From: Amphiscolops sp. MND2022
Lineage: Eukaryota
Assembly (NCBI GenBank): GCA_964187785.1
Contig: OZ076409.1
Coordinates: 96,908,001-96,972,000, forward strand
Direction: 5' to 3'
DNA: 64,000 nt
Shown here: in pieces, positions 1 to 11,767 of the stretch
How the letters are laid out: the number at the start of each line of letters is the position of its first letter
Position numbering within the stretch: the stretch's first letter is position 1
The notes under the pieces: model-generated
What the model saw: the letters and a program-made list of their open reading frames with translations, nothing else
Databases searched by the model: none
Told to the model about the DNA's origin: nothing
Made by a program: the position numbers and the translations under genes

Positions 1-149
1 CTTTTTCACTGCAGTTCGAACTTGCGAGAATATTGTTTAATAAACTGCTTATTGTTTTCTTACTGTGAATTGTTAACAAGAAGCAAAATGGGCCTTTCAA
101 GTAAAAGTCAAACGAAGAGACATCAAAAAGTTCCTGGAAAAAACTCACA

Positions 150-690
150 ATAAGAGCCATTGAACTCTAATTTTTTTCATATACTGGTACAAGAATCCTT
201 TCCCTTGTTGCAATTGCTTGAACTTTTTGCAAATTTTTATTGTTTTTCTTAAACTCTTACGGAAACTTTCATATGAAAATTTTTCCTTATTATTCGCATT
301 TTATCAAAGTCCTTCAATGATACATCAAAATTTTGGCGGCAATTTTAAGCCTTGAAGTTTTGCAGGATTCACTGAGAAACAGTTATCGTTTTAAGTTCAA
401 GATTGCTATCAGTTTTACAGCCATTCTAATGCAAAATAACTTCAGACGCGCAATGAACTGCAAATTAGCGCTATGTTTAGCGTGCTATTTGAGAAGCAGT
501 GATCACATCAGATGAGTAGTTGAGAAAACAAAATGTTAATACAAAGTGATCGCGTCGGTATTGAAGTAGGATTTACTTTCAAACCAAATTGCAGTGAAAT
601 TCCACAAGGTTTACCACTGCAACCCTACTGAACTTTCTAGGTTTTATAATCTAATGCCCTGTATTCAGGCCTGCAGCATGTAAAAGTGTA
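150..690. repeat. Copy of a ~0.5-0.6 kb dispersed repeat (family R600)
   Basis: Shares motifs such as ctgcaaattagcg..gctatttgagaagc.gtga...tcagatga.tagttgaga and the terminal ccctg.at.caggcctgcagcatgtaa with 4066-5220 (reverse), 23340-23640, 27990-28250, 53650-54110 and 57790-58280. Boundaries approximate. Confidence 0.7.
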
Positions 691-747
691 TGGTAGAAGA
701 TTGGAGGTGAGCTTAAAAAAAATAGATTTCCCGCAAAATAGTACATG

Positions 748-1365
748 CTAGCCAAGTCTGAATTCGTTTGTGGAAAACGTCTTTTTCTTGCTGTAAGTTG
801 TAAAATCCGTATTTTCTCTGAGATCATACGCGGACCTTGAGTCCTTCTTTGTAAGTTTTGTTTTCCGGACTTTCCAAACATTACCGAAACCTCGCGCATT
901 TAAGAACGTACCTGTCCCAGTGTCGTTTTGGTCCAAGGGCAAATTACCCATTATGTTTTCTATTTCAGGTAACACTATCATTTATAGCTGAACTAATGGC
1001 CCTATTGATCTGTGTCTGCTTCAGGCTCATCGGTGAATCCATTTCTTGGAACAATGTAGCCCATTTCACTTGACAATATGTCAATTGATTCTGCAGGTCT
1101 CTTCTGTTTAACAGGGCCTTTTATTTAACTGATGTTCCTGATCTCTTTTTCCTGACATGAACTCTCTCTGTTAGGTAAGGTGAGCTCTCAAATTCCTGAT
1201 GCCTATCTGGGCAATTTATAACGAAGTTCAAATAACATAAATTCTCTTTATTACGTAAAAAGTTTGAATTCCCGTCTCCTAGCATTGCGTCCATATTACC
1301 ATAATTGGGCAAAATATCCATCTCTGTAGATATCCCTTGACTTTTTGTCGTCTAGTGGAAGGCAT
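748..1365 (-). pseudogene. Frameshifted coding remnant, probably transposon gag/ORF1-like
   Basis: Stitching minus-strand frames gives MPSTRRQK..EMDILPNYGNMDAMLGDGNSN...AESIDILSSEM..QEMDSPMSLKQTQINRAISSAIND..LPEIENIMGNLPLDQNDTGTGT, which reads as a helical protein broken by several indels. Family not recognised with certainty. Confidence 0.45.
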
Positions 1366-3308
1366 AAGTGAGAGTACAGGAGGAAATGTTTGAATTATTC
1401 CTGTAATTAATGTTTCAATTTTTTGAACTCTAACACGTACCTCTCTTTTAACAAATCACACAAAAATATTGAGTGTCTGAGTGGCCGACGTTTGAGTACC
1501 CTGATAGGCAAGACACTCAGGGAAGTGGAGGGTCACAATTCAATGAATAACTTTAGAGCTAAAAATAGAAATCATCACTTCTATAAATAGTATCATTGCG
1601 TCACCAAATGATTACAGGCGCGGCAACATCAAAGCGCTTGTTTAAGGACAGAGGGGGCGTGTTCGTGGAAGTAGAAGGTTTAAAAATGAGAATTACATTC
1701 GTTTTTTAACTTGACATGTTATTTCATGCGTTGTTTGACCTCTCGGTCAACAGCCCTATCGGGTCTTTTTAGGTCAAAGCAACGGTAGGAGGGTGAGAAG
1801 TAGTAATACCAGCCGCAATTTGTGTATTACCAGTTGAAGCATTCATCCGAGTAGGGCTTTTATTGAACTCTAAGTAGCATTATCGCGTTCCGCTTTCAAC
1901 AACAAACGAAACTTTAGCATCTACTAATTGTATCTTTTGATCTGTTACGCCGCGTGGCCTTACTCGTCAATTCCGGCTAATTGTAAGTACAATATATCAA
2001 CTGCAAACAAAGCAGCGAATGAATGCAAAACTCTGATTGGCTAAAATGCAGTGGACAGGTACGCTATCTATACTGAGCAGGCAGACATTTGAACACGTTT
2101 TCTTTTTGCATGTTGGTTTAGCTTGCTGTCAAATATATTGCGCAACCATACGAACAAAGTTCACATATTTCAAATTAAAGTATGAAAGTTTTAAACATGA
2201 CATTTTTTTATAACAAAGGTATTGTTCCGGTTAGGGCAACTGGTCTGCTATGGCCAATAGTATAAACATTCTCATCACAGGAAGCAGCCTGGGACACTTG
2301 CCCTCCCTGTTTTTACGTTAAACTATTGTCCATTCAGGACAGAAAACGAGCTTAAGCAGATCTTCTAGTTTTTGCCCCTCAATTATGAATATTGGAAGAT
2401 AGTAAACGACATGCCTTTGGAATTTCATCATTGTTTAACATTCATGTAAATAGACAAATATTTGGAATATTCATGAAATTATATTGAAACTCGATGTGCT
2501 AGAATTGGTACCTAAAAAATAAAGCGTCGAAATTTTGGTTGTACAGTTTTTTGCAAGCAGCTTAAGCCCTGATATCTTTGGGTACCAAATCGCTGTATTT
2601 TAGCCAATTGTATGCTTTACGTAGTCTCTTTTTACTGCCTTCGACTTCGATTCAGTTACAGTTCGACTGTAAACGCTAGTAGTCCACGTTGGCTTCTAGT
2701 ATAATCTGAACAATTATCATCTCCAGTAAGTAAATGGTGAAGCGATTCCATTCTTAATCGTTTGGAGATTTTTTGAAATTTCCATGACAAATAATTCGAA
2801 AACAGTCAAGATTTTTTTAAACATCTATTCAACACAATCATACTTATTTTAAACAAAACATTAAGCACCGTAATCGTCGTTGAGCTTTCTGAATTTTATC
2901 GAGATTGGTTTTAAGTGCATCCATACGTCAGTAGGTTGTAAGAAGGGATGGATTGTGTGAAGGAATTGTAGAACATCAATAAACACTTTATGAGGTAAAC
3001 TTCACTGATTGGCCGCAAACCTAGCACTCTAACCCCGAGGCCGAATAACAAGGGTTTGTTTAACTTTTGATTGTACTTTCAGACTGAAATTGTTTAAAGA
3101 AATTAGTAAAAAAACTGTTTTTCGAACCCAGAATTGAAAAATTTTCGCAACTGCTTGAAGTGTCAAACCCAATACTTGCTTACATCGAAGTTTTATCAGG
3201 AGGCAGACAGAATAAAAGAAGCATCGAGATAACGAATCTACAAATTACACCCAAATTATTCAAACAAATACACCCAAAAGAATACACCCAAAGTTTTTGA
3301 AATATCGG

Positions 3309-4010
3309 ACAAGCCGGGACCGGCCCAAGTCGGCGCCTAGCTCAAGTTTCTCGAATAAGCAAAGGACTTGAAAAGGACTTTCTTGAATATGTTCTCAAAC
3401 TTTTATCACTTTCTCGGCGCCGCAAAATACATCAAAGGATGCGCATAAGACTCATAAACCACATCTTTTTGCAACTGGAAACAAACAAAACATTTCACGA
3501 AAAAAAAATCATTTTTTTCGGAAAAGTTTCTTAGGGCCGAGAAAGAAACTTTCAGCTCAAAAAAACTACCTTCTCTGCCGAAATCTGCCATGAAGCCATG
3601 AAAGTAGTAGAGTACCCTTTGACCAAATGATAATTTTGAAACAATTACGCAAAGAGCCAAAAAAAGTTTTAACAATACTAAATAATGTATTGAGAACAAA
3701 ACAGCTATTCGGTTAAGTTGAAAAAGAATAAGGTATCACAATACAAAAACAAATTCGAAAGGGGGACCTTTTGGCTTCAAATTATGTTTTATCAAACTGA
3801 ATTACCCTAAAAATCAAATGGGCGGACCCTTTTGTATCATTAGAAGGTTCTACAAGCAACGTTATGTTCGGTATTCATAACATCTTGTTTGCGTTAAATC
3901 CGATTTGCACTAAACAAAATCCAAAGAGGGACCCTTTGGCTTCAAATGATTTTGTATTAACTCTAAAAATTGTAAAACTCGAAAGAAGGGACCCTCCTGT
4001 AACTGAAAAA
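3309..4010 (-). mobile_element. Old, diverged HINE-like copy
   Basis: Starts with acaagccgggaccggcccaagtcggcgc (hairpin plus subTIR end) and has degenerate ggggaccc cores; far end not clear. Confidence 0.5.
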
Positions 4011-4097
4011 TTCTCCAAGAAACGTTATATCCAGTACATGTTATATCCAAAAGACTGCAGGAACTTTTTACATGCTGCATGCCTGCATGCAGGGTAA

Positions 4098-4742
4098 TTT
4101 TTAGTCGGCGCTTCATGAAGTGAAACGCGACTATTATAGTGACTCTATTTTTTCTATCCTCACGAACTGACCAAAATAGTTCTACAAAAGTTCTACAAAA
4201 TATTATTGCATCAAAATGCACTATTTGGTCTAGCGAACTGAACCAAAAAGGTTTTTCCTGTTTTTCCGCGTAACATACCATACCGGGCGAGACCAAAGAC
4301 TCCCCCCTTTCATTTTTTTTCGGCACTGCGAGACTTTTTTTTCGAAAAAAAATTTTTCCCCAAAGGGTCCCCCCTGCATTTTTTTGATGTTTTGCGACAG
4401 AATGGATGTTGAAAAATCCCAAAGGGTCCCCCCTTTCAGTTTTTTTCGGCATTGTGAGATTTTTTCCCGAAAATGAAAATTTTTGTTTTCTTCAATTTTT
4501 TCATGTTTTGCGACAGAATGGATGTTGAAAAACCTCAAAGGGTCCTCCTTTTCAGTTTTTCGGCATTGTGAGACTTTAGCGCGCCACTCGGTCCATTTTT
4601 TTGAGTATGTAATTTTTTCGAAAAATTTTATTCAAAAAATTTCGATTTTCGAGTACTGTAAAAGAGTACTTGACACTTGGAAGTCTTTTTGCTATTTTTG
4701 AGCCTTGGATATGGCGCCGACTTGGGCCGGTCCCGGCTTGTT
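4098..4742 (+). mobile_element. HINE/DINE-1-like non-autonomous Helentron-type element
   Basis: TTTTT-AGTCGGCGC (4103-4111) ... GCGCCGACT-TGG-GCCG gtcc CGGC-TTGTT. Internal aaagggtccccc repeats. Splits an R600 repeat. Confidence 0.75.
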
Positions 4743-5220
4743 TATAGTACCTAGAAAATTCAATGGCATTTCAGATAGTAAATCTTGTAGAATTACAGTG
4801 CATTTTCTACTACTGCAATTAAATTTGAAAATGAATACCATTTCATTACTGGCACGATAACTTTGTGTTTTCTCAACTACTCATCTGATGCGATCACCGC
4901 TTCTCAAATAGCACGCTAAAGATGACGCTAATTTGCAACTTATTACGTGACTGAAGTTTGTTTGCATTAAATTAGCCGTAAAATCGATAGCAACTTATTT
5001 GCTTCTAAAATTTTAGCTTGCTGCTTAATTAAAACTGCAAAACTTAAGGCTTGAAATTGCCGCCAAAACTTTGATGAATCTTTCAAGCAGCTTGATAAAA
5101 GTTAAATACAACAGGTAAATACTTTCGCGTGAAAGTTTTCGTAAGAGTTTTAGAAAATCATAATAAAAATTGCAGGCAACATTAAAGAACATGCAAAAAG
5201 TTCAAGAAGTTTCAACAAGG
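4743..5220. repeat. R600 dispersed repeat (reverse orientation; its first ~30 bp lie at 4066-4097)
   Basis: Reverse-complement similarity to 150-690; interrupted by the HINE-like copy at 4098-4742. Confidence 0.7.
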
Positions 5221-6023
5221 GTCGTTATATCCGGTTTGCGTTAAATCCGGTATGTTCGTATTCACTCTTTTTGTGACACAAAACAGGAAGCTGCTGATTT
5301 TTTCATCAAGAATGCGTGAATTCATAGACAAAAATAGTGTGAACAAAGTTTGTATCTCAATTCTAAACTGTCACCCGGGAAACAAAAATAAAATTGAAGG
5401 TTTTCGGTTTGTATTCAAGTCTTTTTGTTTTGGAATTTTCACTAATTTTTCAAAAAAAATTGGTGGTGGGGTGGGGGGTATGTTTAACCACTATAATACT
5501 GTGATGGGCTGAACTCACTTGTCAATCTGGAGGTATTTTTTAAACTTTTAATTCGATCATTTCAGAATTTTTGTCGTTGGCAGCTTAACGTGTCAAAAAA
5601 TTTTCATTTTCATAAAATGGGTCTGCAGAATTGGTTCAAAATGCGAAAACTTTCCAAATGATATGAGATTGATTAAAAACGCTTTCTCAACTCTGAAATG
5701 CTTTTCTCTAATTGGAGATATTTGTCGCAATTTTTCCCCCAAAAAGGCTCAAGAAAAACGAGAAGAAGCTTCTTGGAAGATGAGTAGGGTGAATCCTGAG
5801 GCATAGAATTCAACTGGTTGAAGCAGTTTCCAACACAAAAATAGATCAATCTCGCTTTTCTTAGTTTTTTTTGACATCCCGAAAAGGCAAAAAAGGAGAG
5901 TTAAGTCAGCTAAAATGTGCTAATTGGAAATAGATACCCTTTTAATCAATTACTTGATGATATGAACTGAATGTTTAGATCTACATGAAGTTGTTGCATG
6001 AATGAAATAAGTGACTGATTTCA

Positions 6024-6516
6024 AACAAGCCGGTAACGGCCCAAGTCGGCGCCATATCTAAGGCTCAAAAATAGCAAAGCACTTCAATATGTCAAAGTAT
6101 TGGTGAGTTGGGGACCCTTTTATGAAAACAATTATTGGAAGAAAAGTCTCACAATGCCGAAAAAAACTGAAAGGGTGGGCTCTTTGGGGGTTTTCAACAT
6201 CCATTTTGTCGCAAAACATCAAAAAATTGAAGGGGGCCATTCTGGGGAAATATTTTCCCGGAAAAAAGTCTCACAATGCCGAAAAAAACTGAAAGGGGGG
6301 ACCCTTTGGTCTCGCCCGGTATGGTATGTTACGCGGGAAAACAGGAAAAACCTTTTTGGTTCAGTTCGCTAGGCCAAATGGTGCAATATGGTACAATAAT
6401 ATTTTGTAGAACTTTTGTAGAACTATTTTGGTCAGTTCAGGTGGTCTTAAAAAACACTGAAGAAAAGCCATGACTATAGTCGACTCTTTTCTTAAGAAAA
6501 GCGCCGACTAAAAAAA
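6024..6516 (-). mobile_element. HINE-like element
   Basis: aacaagccggtaacggcccaagtcggcgcc ... gaaaagcgccgactaaaaaaa. Confidence 0.75.
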
Positions 6517-7926
6517 CGAGAACTAAGAAAGCAGAAAATAGGGTTTTTTCATGGACAAAGTACAAAAAGCCGGTATCCCGCTACAGGTTTAAAAAATCTA
6601 AGGGGTTCTAAAAATGCCTATAGGGGCTGTTTAAAAGGAATTTTTGGAAAAACAGATATAAGCGAAGAAAGTTTTACCTGACTGTAATTTTGAAAAAAAC
6701 GGTGGACCCTGTAGTGAAATTAAAATTTCAAAGTCGAAAATTGGTGAATCTGAATACGCGGTGAGAAAATAAACTCGATATTTGTGATCTATGTTTTGTC
6801 AAAAATAACTAAAATAACTATATCATAAGAATACTATAACATAAATTAAAAAGTGCTATATAGAAACAGAACCATACCCGAATCGAACTCACACATTTCT
6901 TGCAAGAATCATGCAGAATTCTTACATATTAGACACAATCTGCGTGAATCTTGCGAGTATCTTACATTTCAGACAAAGCTTGTCAGATTCTGGCAGAAAA
7001 TGTGTGGAAGCTAGACTGGGGTATGCAAATAGTTCTACTTGAATAGATAAAAACTGGGCTTGCGTCTTTAAAAAAGTCACCATTATGCTATTCTCTTTCT
7101 TCCAGAATTTTAACTAAAGTGGATTAACAATGAGCTCAGATTATTGAGTTTAAACGTTCAGTGAAGCAAATTCTGAGTACTTTTTTTTAGTAGTAAATGA
7201 GCAGAAACTCTTAATTTTTTTACCAACATCATAAAACATTTTAAATTTTAAAAAATTCAGAAAGTCGCACTTTCTACTGCTCCAAAATGAAAGTGTGTCG
7301 TTTCCAAAGCAGCTGTCCAGGTTACTAATTTGAAACAGAAACTGTTTCGAACTCCTTCCTTTGAGCACAAATTGAGCCCCGAATTTTTGCAATTGCAAAA
7401 TCAGTAGTTCCTCAACATTTCAGCAAAAAGAATTACTCAAACATGGTGCTCTTGGGAAGGTCGTATTGTTTGAAAGAATCTGACTTGCTCGTGTCTGTTC
7501 AGGTCGCTTTTTGTAAAACTCAAGCAGGCCCGCCACGGGCCAATGATACAAGTTGAAAAACGATACAATTCTTGGAGAGCGTAGGCTGTATAGCCGAACA
7601 TTGATAATACAGAAAAATTTAAAGCATAACCGAATTAAACTCTCATTTGTGATTGATGACCGTTCGGCAGTGAGCTCTGAATGATGGAACTATTGGTAGT
7701 CGTGACTTTAGTCACTCGATAATGTAATCTAATGGTACTTTAGAAAAAACTGCATGCTTCGACTTTCATTTATTCTAGTCGGTTGCAAAGTTACGTAATA
7801 ATTTCATAACTTAAAGCTCGCTGTCGAACGAAGGAAACAATCATATTTGACAATTCAATTCGGTTCTGCTATAAACTATTTCTGCCGTATTATTGAGCGG
7901 CTATACTCCGAAAGAGTCTAGCTAAA

Positions 7927-8315
7927 GGTGCAACTTCAATTCGTCGAACATTCAAATCGTCGAAAAACGCAAAGCTATTCAATGCGTCGAAAGAATTCCA
8001 TACCAGCGATTATTTTCATTTGGTTATATTTTGTGGCGAATAACATATTTGTTGTATGGCTCGGTCGCTTCGCTCCCTTCGCCAAGTAGCAACATTGAGG
8101 CATGGCCATATGGCACGTCGCTCCGCTCCGCTTCGCTCCGCTTCGCTCCTGCATTTAGGGCACTAGGGGTATGTGAACATATCTGACTACGTTATCGTAA
8201 TTTTGAATGCTCGAATTTGATTGGCCGAAATCAATTCATTCCTTTACGTCATACCATGGTCGCTATATTAATACGTGTTCGACGAATTGAATGTTCGACG
8301 AATTGAACAGTCCCC
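7927..8315. mobile_element. Foldback/MULE-like MITE with shared GCGAAGC-rich core (copy 1)
   Basis: 9-bp TSD CTAGCTAAA (7918-7926, 8316-8324); inverted arms built from ttcaattcgtcgaaca units; core ~7990-8230 nearly identical to 44220-44450. Confidence 0.8.
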
Positions 8316-8725
8316 CTAGCTAAAGTAGGCGACCGCTCAAATAGCCGATTGATCATTTAAAAGACAATCAACTGTTTCTGAGACATTATCTGATGAATCA
8401 GCCTCGCTGACATTCTCCTAGTATGTAATAATCATGACCAGTAGTGAGCGTCAAAAAGACAATGGAATGCATACAAAATCGACTAATTGTAGAGTCGTCT
8501 AACTGAGCAGTCGTCCACTTGCACGGTACCCACTCCGGAACTATCACCGAAGCTATTATGTAACTTTGCAACCGGTCAAAGAAAATGAAAGTCAAGGTGG
8601 TAGTTTGCGTATTTTGTTTTCCAATCAGATTTCAAATCGTTTTTATATCCGCTGCTAACTTCTTTGGGATCATATTACGACATATTTGATGCTAAACTAA
8701 ACCTATCAGTTGCTCAAGAAAATTA

Positions 8726-9206
8726 TTAGTCGGCGTTTTCTAGTGAAAAGTGCCCGACTATTACAGTGGCTAGTTTTTTTTCGTCAGACTACAATCTCAC
8801 TCTGATTGGGCCACTTTTCTTACAATCGAAACTACTAAAAGTACTACCATAAGGCCAAGTCCGGTCAGCGGAAATTAGTGCAAAAGGGTACCCCCTTTCA
8901 TTTTTTACCATTTTAACGTAACCTACAAAACCGGACGAGAATAAAGGGTCCCCCTTTCGATTTTTTTGGCATTGTGCGACTTTTTTTCGAAAATTTTTTA
9001 ATGTCTCAAAAGAGTCCCCCTTTCTAGTTTTTTGATATTTTGCAACAGAATATATGTTAATAAAGCCCCCCTTTTACATTTTTCGGCACTATGTGACATT
9101 TTCTGAGAGAAAAAAATTCAAAAATGTCAAGCTTTTTTTCAAAAAAAAATCTTTTGCGCTTTTTGAGCCTTAGATATAGCGCCGACTTTAGACGTTCCCG
9201 TCTTTT
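8726..9206 (+). mobile_element. HINE-like element
   Basis: ttagtcggcgttttc..gaaaagtgcccgact ... gcgccgactttAGACGttccCGTCTttt. Confidence 0.75.
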
Positions 9207-9689
9207 TTAATTGATCCAGAGACACTCTGCATTCAATTTTCGCATTCAATGTCAATTGCAAACTTTTTTGCATTCGTGTCGAAACACTTGCATCCGACGC
9301 ATATTGCGTGAGAGACGCATTTCGTTAAATTTTAGTTGAAATTCTCATAAGATTTTCCATCTGATGCATAAAAACTCCGTTATGCATGAAATGAGCCAAA
9401 AGCGTATTTTCAAGCAGGAAAACTAGATCTTGCGTTGCAAAATACGACTAGATGCCTCACCATAAAGACTCAGAAGCTCAATAACAGGAGCCAGGGTTTG
9501 GAAAAAAAACAAGTATCGGGACTTGAGTGTTTAAAACGTTCAAATTCGTGTGTTCAAAATACGTCAAAAATAGAAAATTAACCCGAATTATCAAAAAATT
9601 GTTGTGAACGTCAAAAAGTGAATGTTTATCTGCTTCGCCAATTGTTGGCCGGTTGTGTACTTCATCAAGTTCAACCAGGAGGCTGTTGA

Positions 9690-10064
9690 AAAATCTCTGT
9701 TGAAAAGTGGTTTTATGTCTATTGTATGTTTGCGTTTTGTGAATTGCCGGAATCTCTCTAACCACTGTCACTGTGCGCATACTTCGATTGAGTACAGTAA
9801 TTTTCTTTGCCATGGTCGGGAATTGTTTCTATGATACGAAGTTAGGTTGAATTTGTCAAATTTTGGCTGACTGCGTCATTTCCTATTCTAAAGTCAAGGT
9901 AAGAAAACACCATTCTCTAAAGTGAGTGAAAAACTAAACTAGTACAAATCTATAGCAACAAATAAATATACTATATGTAAGTTATTTTGAGTTTGTTTAT
10001 CAACAACTCGCTGGTATGCTAAACTGGAACTCGGTAAATGTCAGGGTGACTGAACCGTATAACA
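9690..10064 (-). mobile_element. 5' remnant of a Ty3/Gypsy element (LTR ~9879-10064, PBS-like 9868-9878, gag start)
   Basis: LTR begins TGTTATACGGTTCA on the minus strand, the same as at 57061; + strand tgactgcgtca resembles the PBS tgactgcgcca of the full elements; a minus frame reads QWLERFRQFTKRKHTIDIKPL, like gag WWRRFTQYVKMTQKIDL. Confidence 0.6.
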
Positions 10065-10094
10065 GCGTACTTCATTAAGTACGACCACCGGGCT

Positions 10095-10313
10095 ATTGAA
10101 ATTTCTCTCCAAAGCTGCAGAACTTGGAATGAGAGACAATAACTCAGACGCAATTTTCCCAACATCGGTCGTCCAATCTTTGAAAACTTGAAAATTGTCA
10201 AACTCAAACTTGAAACAGGGTGAAACTTTTGTCAGAATGTGAACTTCGTTCGAATCAACTGCACGAGAAAGCGTATTACTAACAAGAAAAGAATTTACCA
10301 ATCGACTTTTCAA
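10095..10313 (-). pseudogene. hAT transposase C-terminal dimerisation-domain remnant
   Basis: ORF reads W....KIASELLSLIPSSAALERNFN, matching the hATC pattern A..LLS.P.SSA..ER.FS. Confidence 0.6.
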
Positions 10314-10450
10314 ACCATTGTTTTTGAAACTGCGTTGTTTTCACAAAAAAGCATTTTCATCATATTGAGCTGTTTTTAGTCGGCGCCTTTTCGCTTGAGG
10401 AAAAAAGCCCGACTATTACAGTGGGTAGTTTTTTTCTTTTTCAGCTGACA

Positions 10451-11767
10451 ATCTCACTCTGAATGGTCCACTTTTTTACAATCTTTTGTTCGTTTGTTCA
10501 ACTAATTTTCTGAGAAGCAGGAGATCGTGGGTTCGATTCTCGCACTAAACCACAATTTTTTTATGCTTCCAAAAGTAGAGGCGAGACCTAAATCTCACTC
10601 TGAATGGTCCACTTTTTTACAACCTTTTGTTCATTTGTTCAACTAATTTTCTGAGAAGCAGGAGATCGTGGGTTCGATTCTCGCACTAAACCACAATTTT
10701 TAGTCGGCGCATTTTCCTTTAAGGAAAAAAGCCCGACTATTACAGTGGCTAGTTTTTTTTTCTTTTTTTTTCGTCAGACCACACAGCTCATCGCGTATGT
10801 ACCACTTTTTACAGAAACTGATAAGTTCACTCAGGCCAAGTTCCACCAATGCAAACTTACTGCAAAGGGTCCCCCTTTCGTTTTTTACCTTTTTTACGTA
10901 ACTTACAAAACTGGAAGACTCCAAAGGGTCCCCCCTTTCAATTTTTTTTCGGCACTGTGCGAATTTTTTTTTCGAAAATTTTCAATTTTTCAAAAGAGTC
11001 CCCCCTTCGGATTTTTTGATATTTTGCAACAGAAAATATGTTAATGAATCCCAAAGGGTCCCCCCTTTTCATTTTTCGGCACTATGCGACGTTTTCGAAG
11101 TTTTTTCAAAAATTTTTTTCAAAAAAAATTTTCAAAAATTTTTTTGTTTCCAGTCGAGAAAAGTGATTTTCCAGTCATATCGAGCATGAAAGGCACACTT
11201 TGGGTGTCTCGAAAGTGTTTTCAAAGCTTTTCATGAATACATCCTGGGCATATTTAGAAAACTGAGCTTCTTGAGCCTTAGATATAGCGCCGACTTTAGA
11301 CGTTCCCGTCTTGTTTTATGCTTCCAAAAGTAGAGGCGAGACCTAAATCTCACTCTGAATGGTCCACTTTTTTACAACCTTTTGTTCATTTGTTCAACTA
11401 ATTTTCTGAGAAGCAGGAGATCGTGGGTTCGATTCTCGCACTAAACCACAATTTTTTTATGCTTCCAAAAGTAGAGGCGAGACCTAAATCTCACTCTGAA
11501 TGGTCCACTTTTTTACAACCTTTTGTTCATTTGTTCAACTAATTTTCTGAGAAGCAGGAGATCGTGGGTTCGATTCTCGCACTAAACCACAATTTTTTTA
11601 TGCTTCCAAAAGTAGAGGCGAGACCTAAATCTCACTCTGAATGGTCCACTTTTTTACAACCTTTTGTTCATTTGTTCAACTAATTTTCTGAGAAGCAGGA
11701 GATCGTGGGTTCGATTCTCGCACTAAACCACAAATTTTTTATGCTTCCAAAAGTAGAAGCGAGACCA
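10451..11767 (+). repeat. 5 x 141-bp tandem repeat (unit 2 interrupted)
   Basis: Units start at 10451, 10592, 11347, 11488 and 11629 (atctcactctgaatggtccac...); each carries GGTTCGATTCT, resembling a tRNA T-arm/B-box. Confidence 0.9.
10697..11315 (+). mobile_element. HINE-like element nested in tandem unit 2
   Basis: ccacaa-TTTTT-agtcggcgc ... gcgccgactttagacgttcccgtcttg-TTTT-atgcttcc; sister units read ccacaa-TTTTTTT-atgcttcc. Confidence 0.85.

Noticed and set aside
3910..4538. ORFs of 180 and 102 aa (and similar PKKTERGDPL ORFs at 6100, 13266, 15638, 31726)
   Set aside because: Chance open frames in the non-coding HINE repeat; frames are not preserved between copies.
10451..11767. CRISPR-like array
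   Set aside because: Units are 141-bp head-to-tail near-identical repeats with no unique spacers, there are no cas genes, and the context is eukaryotic.
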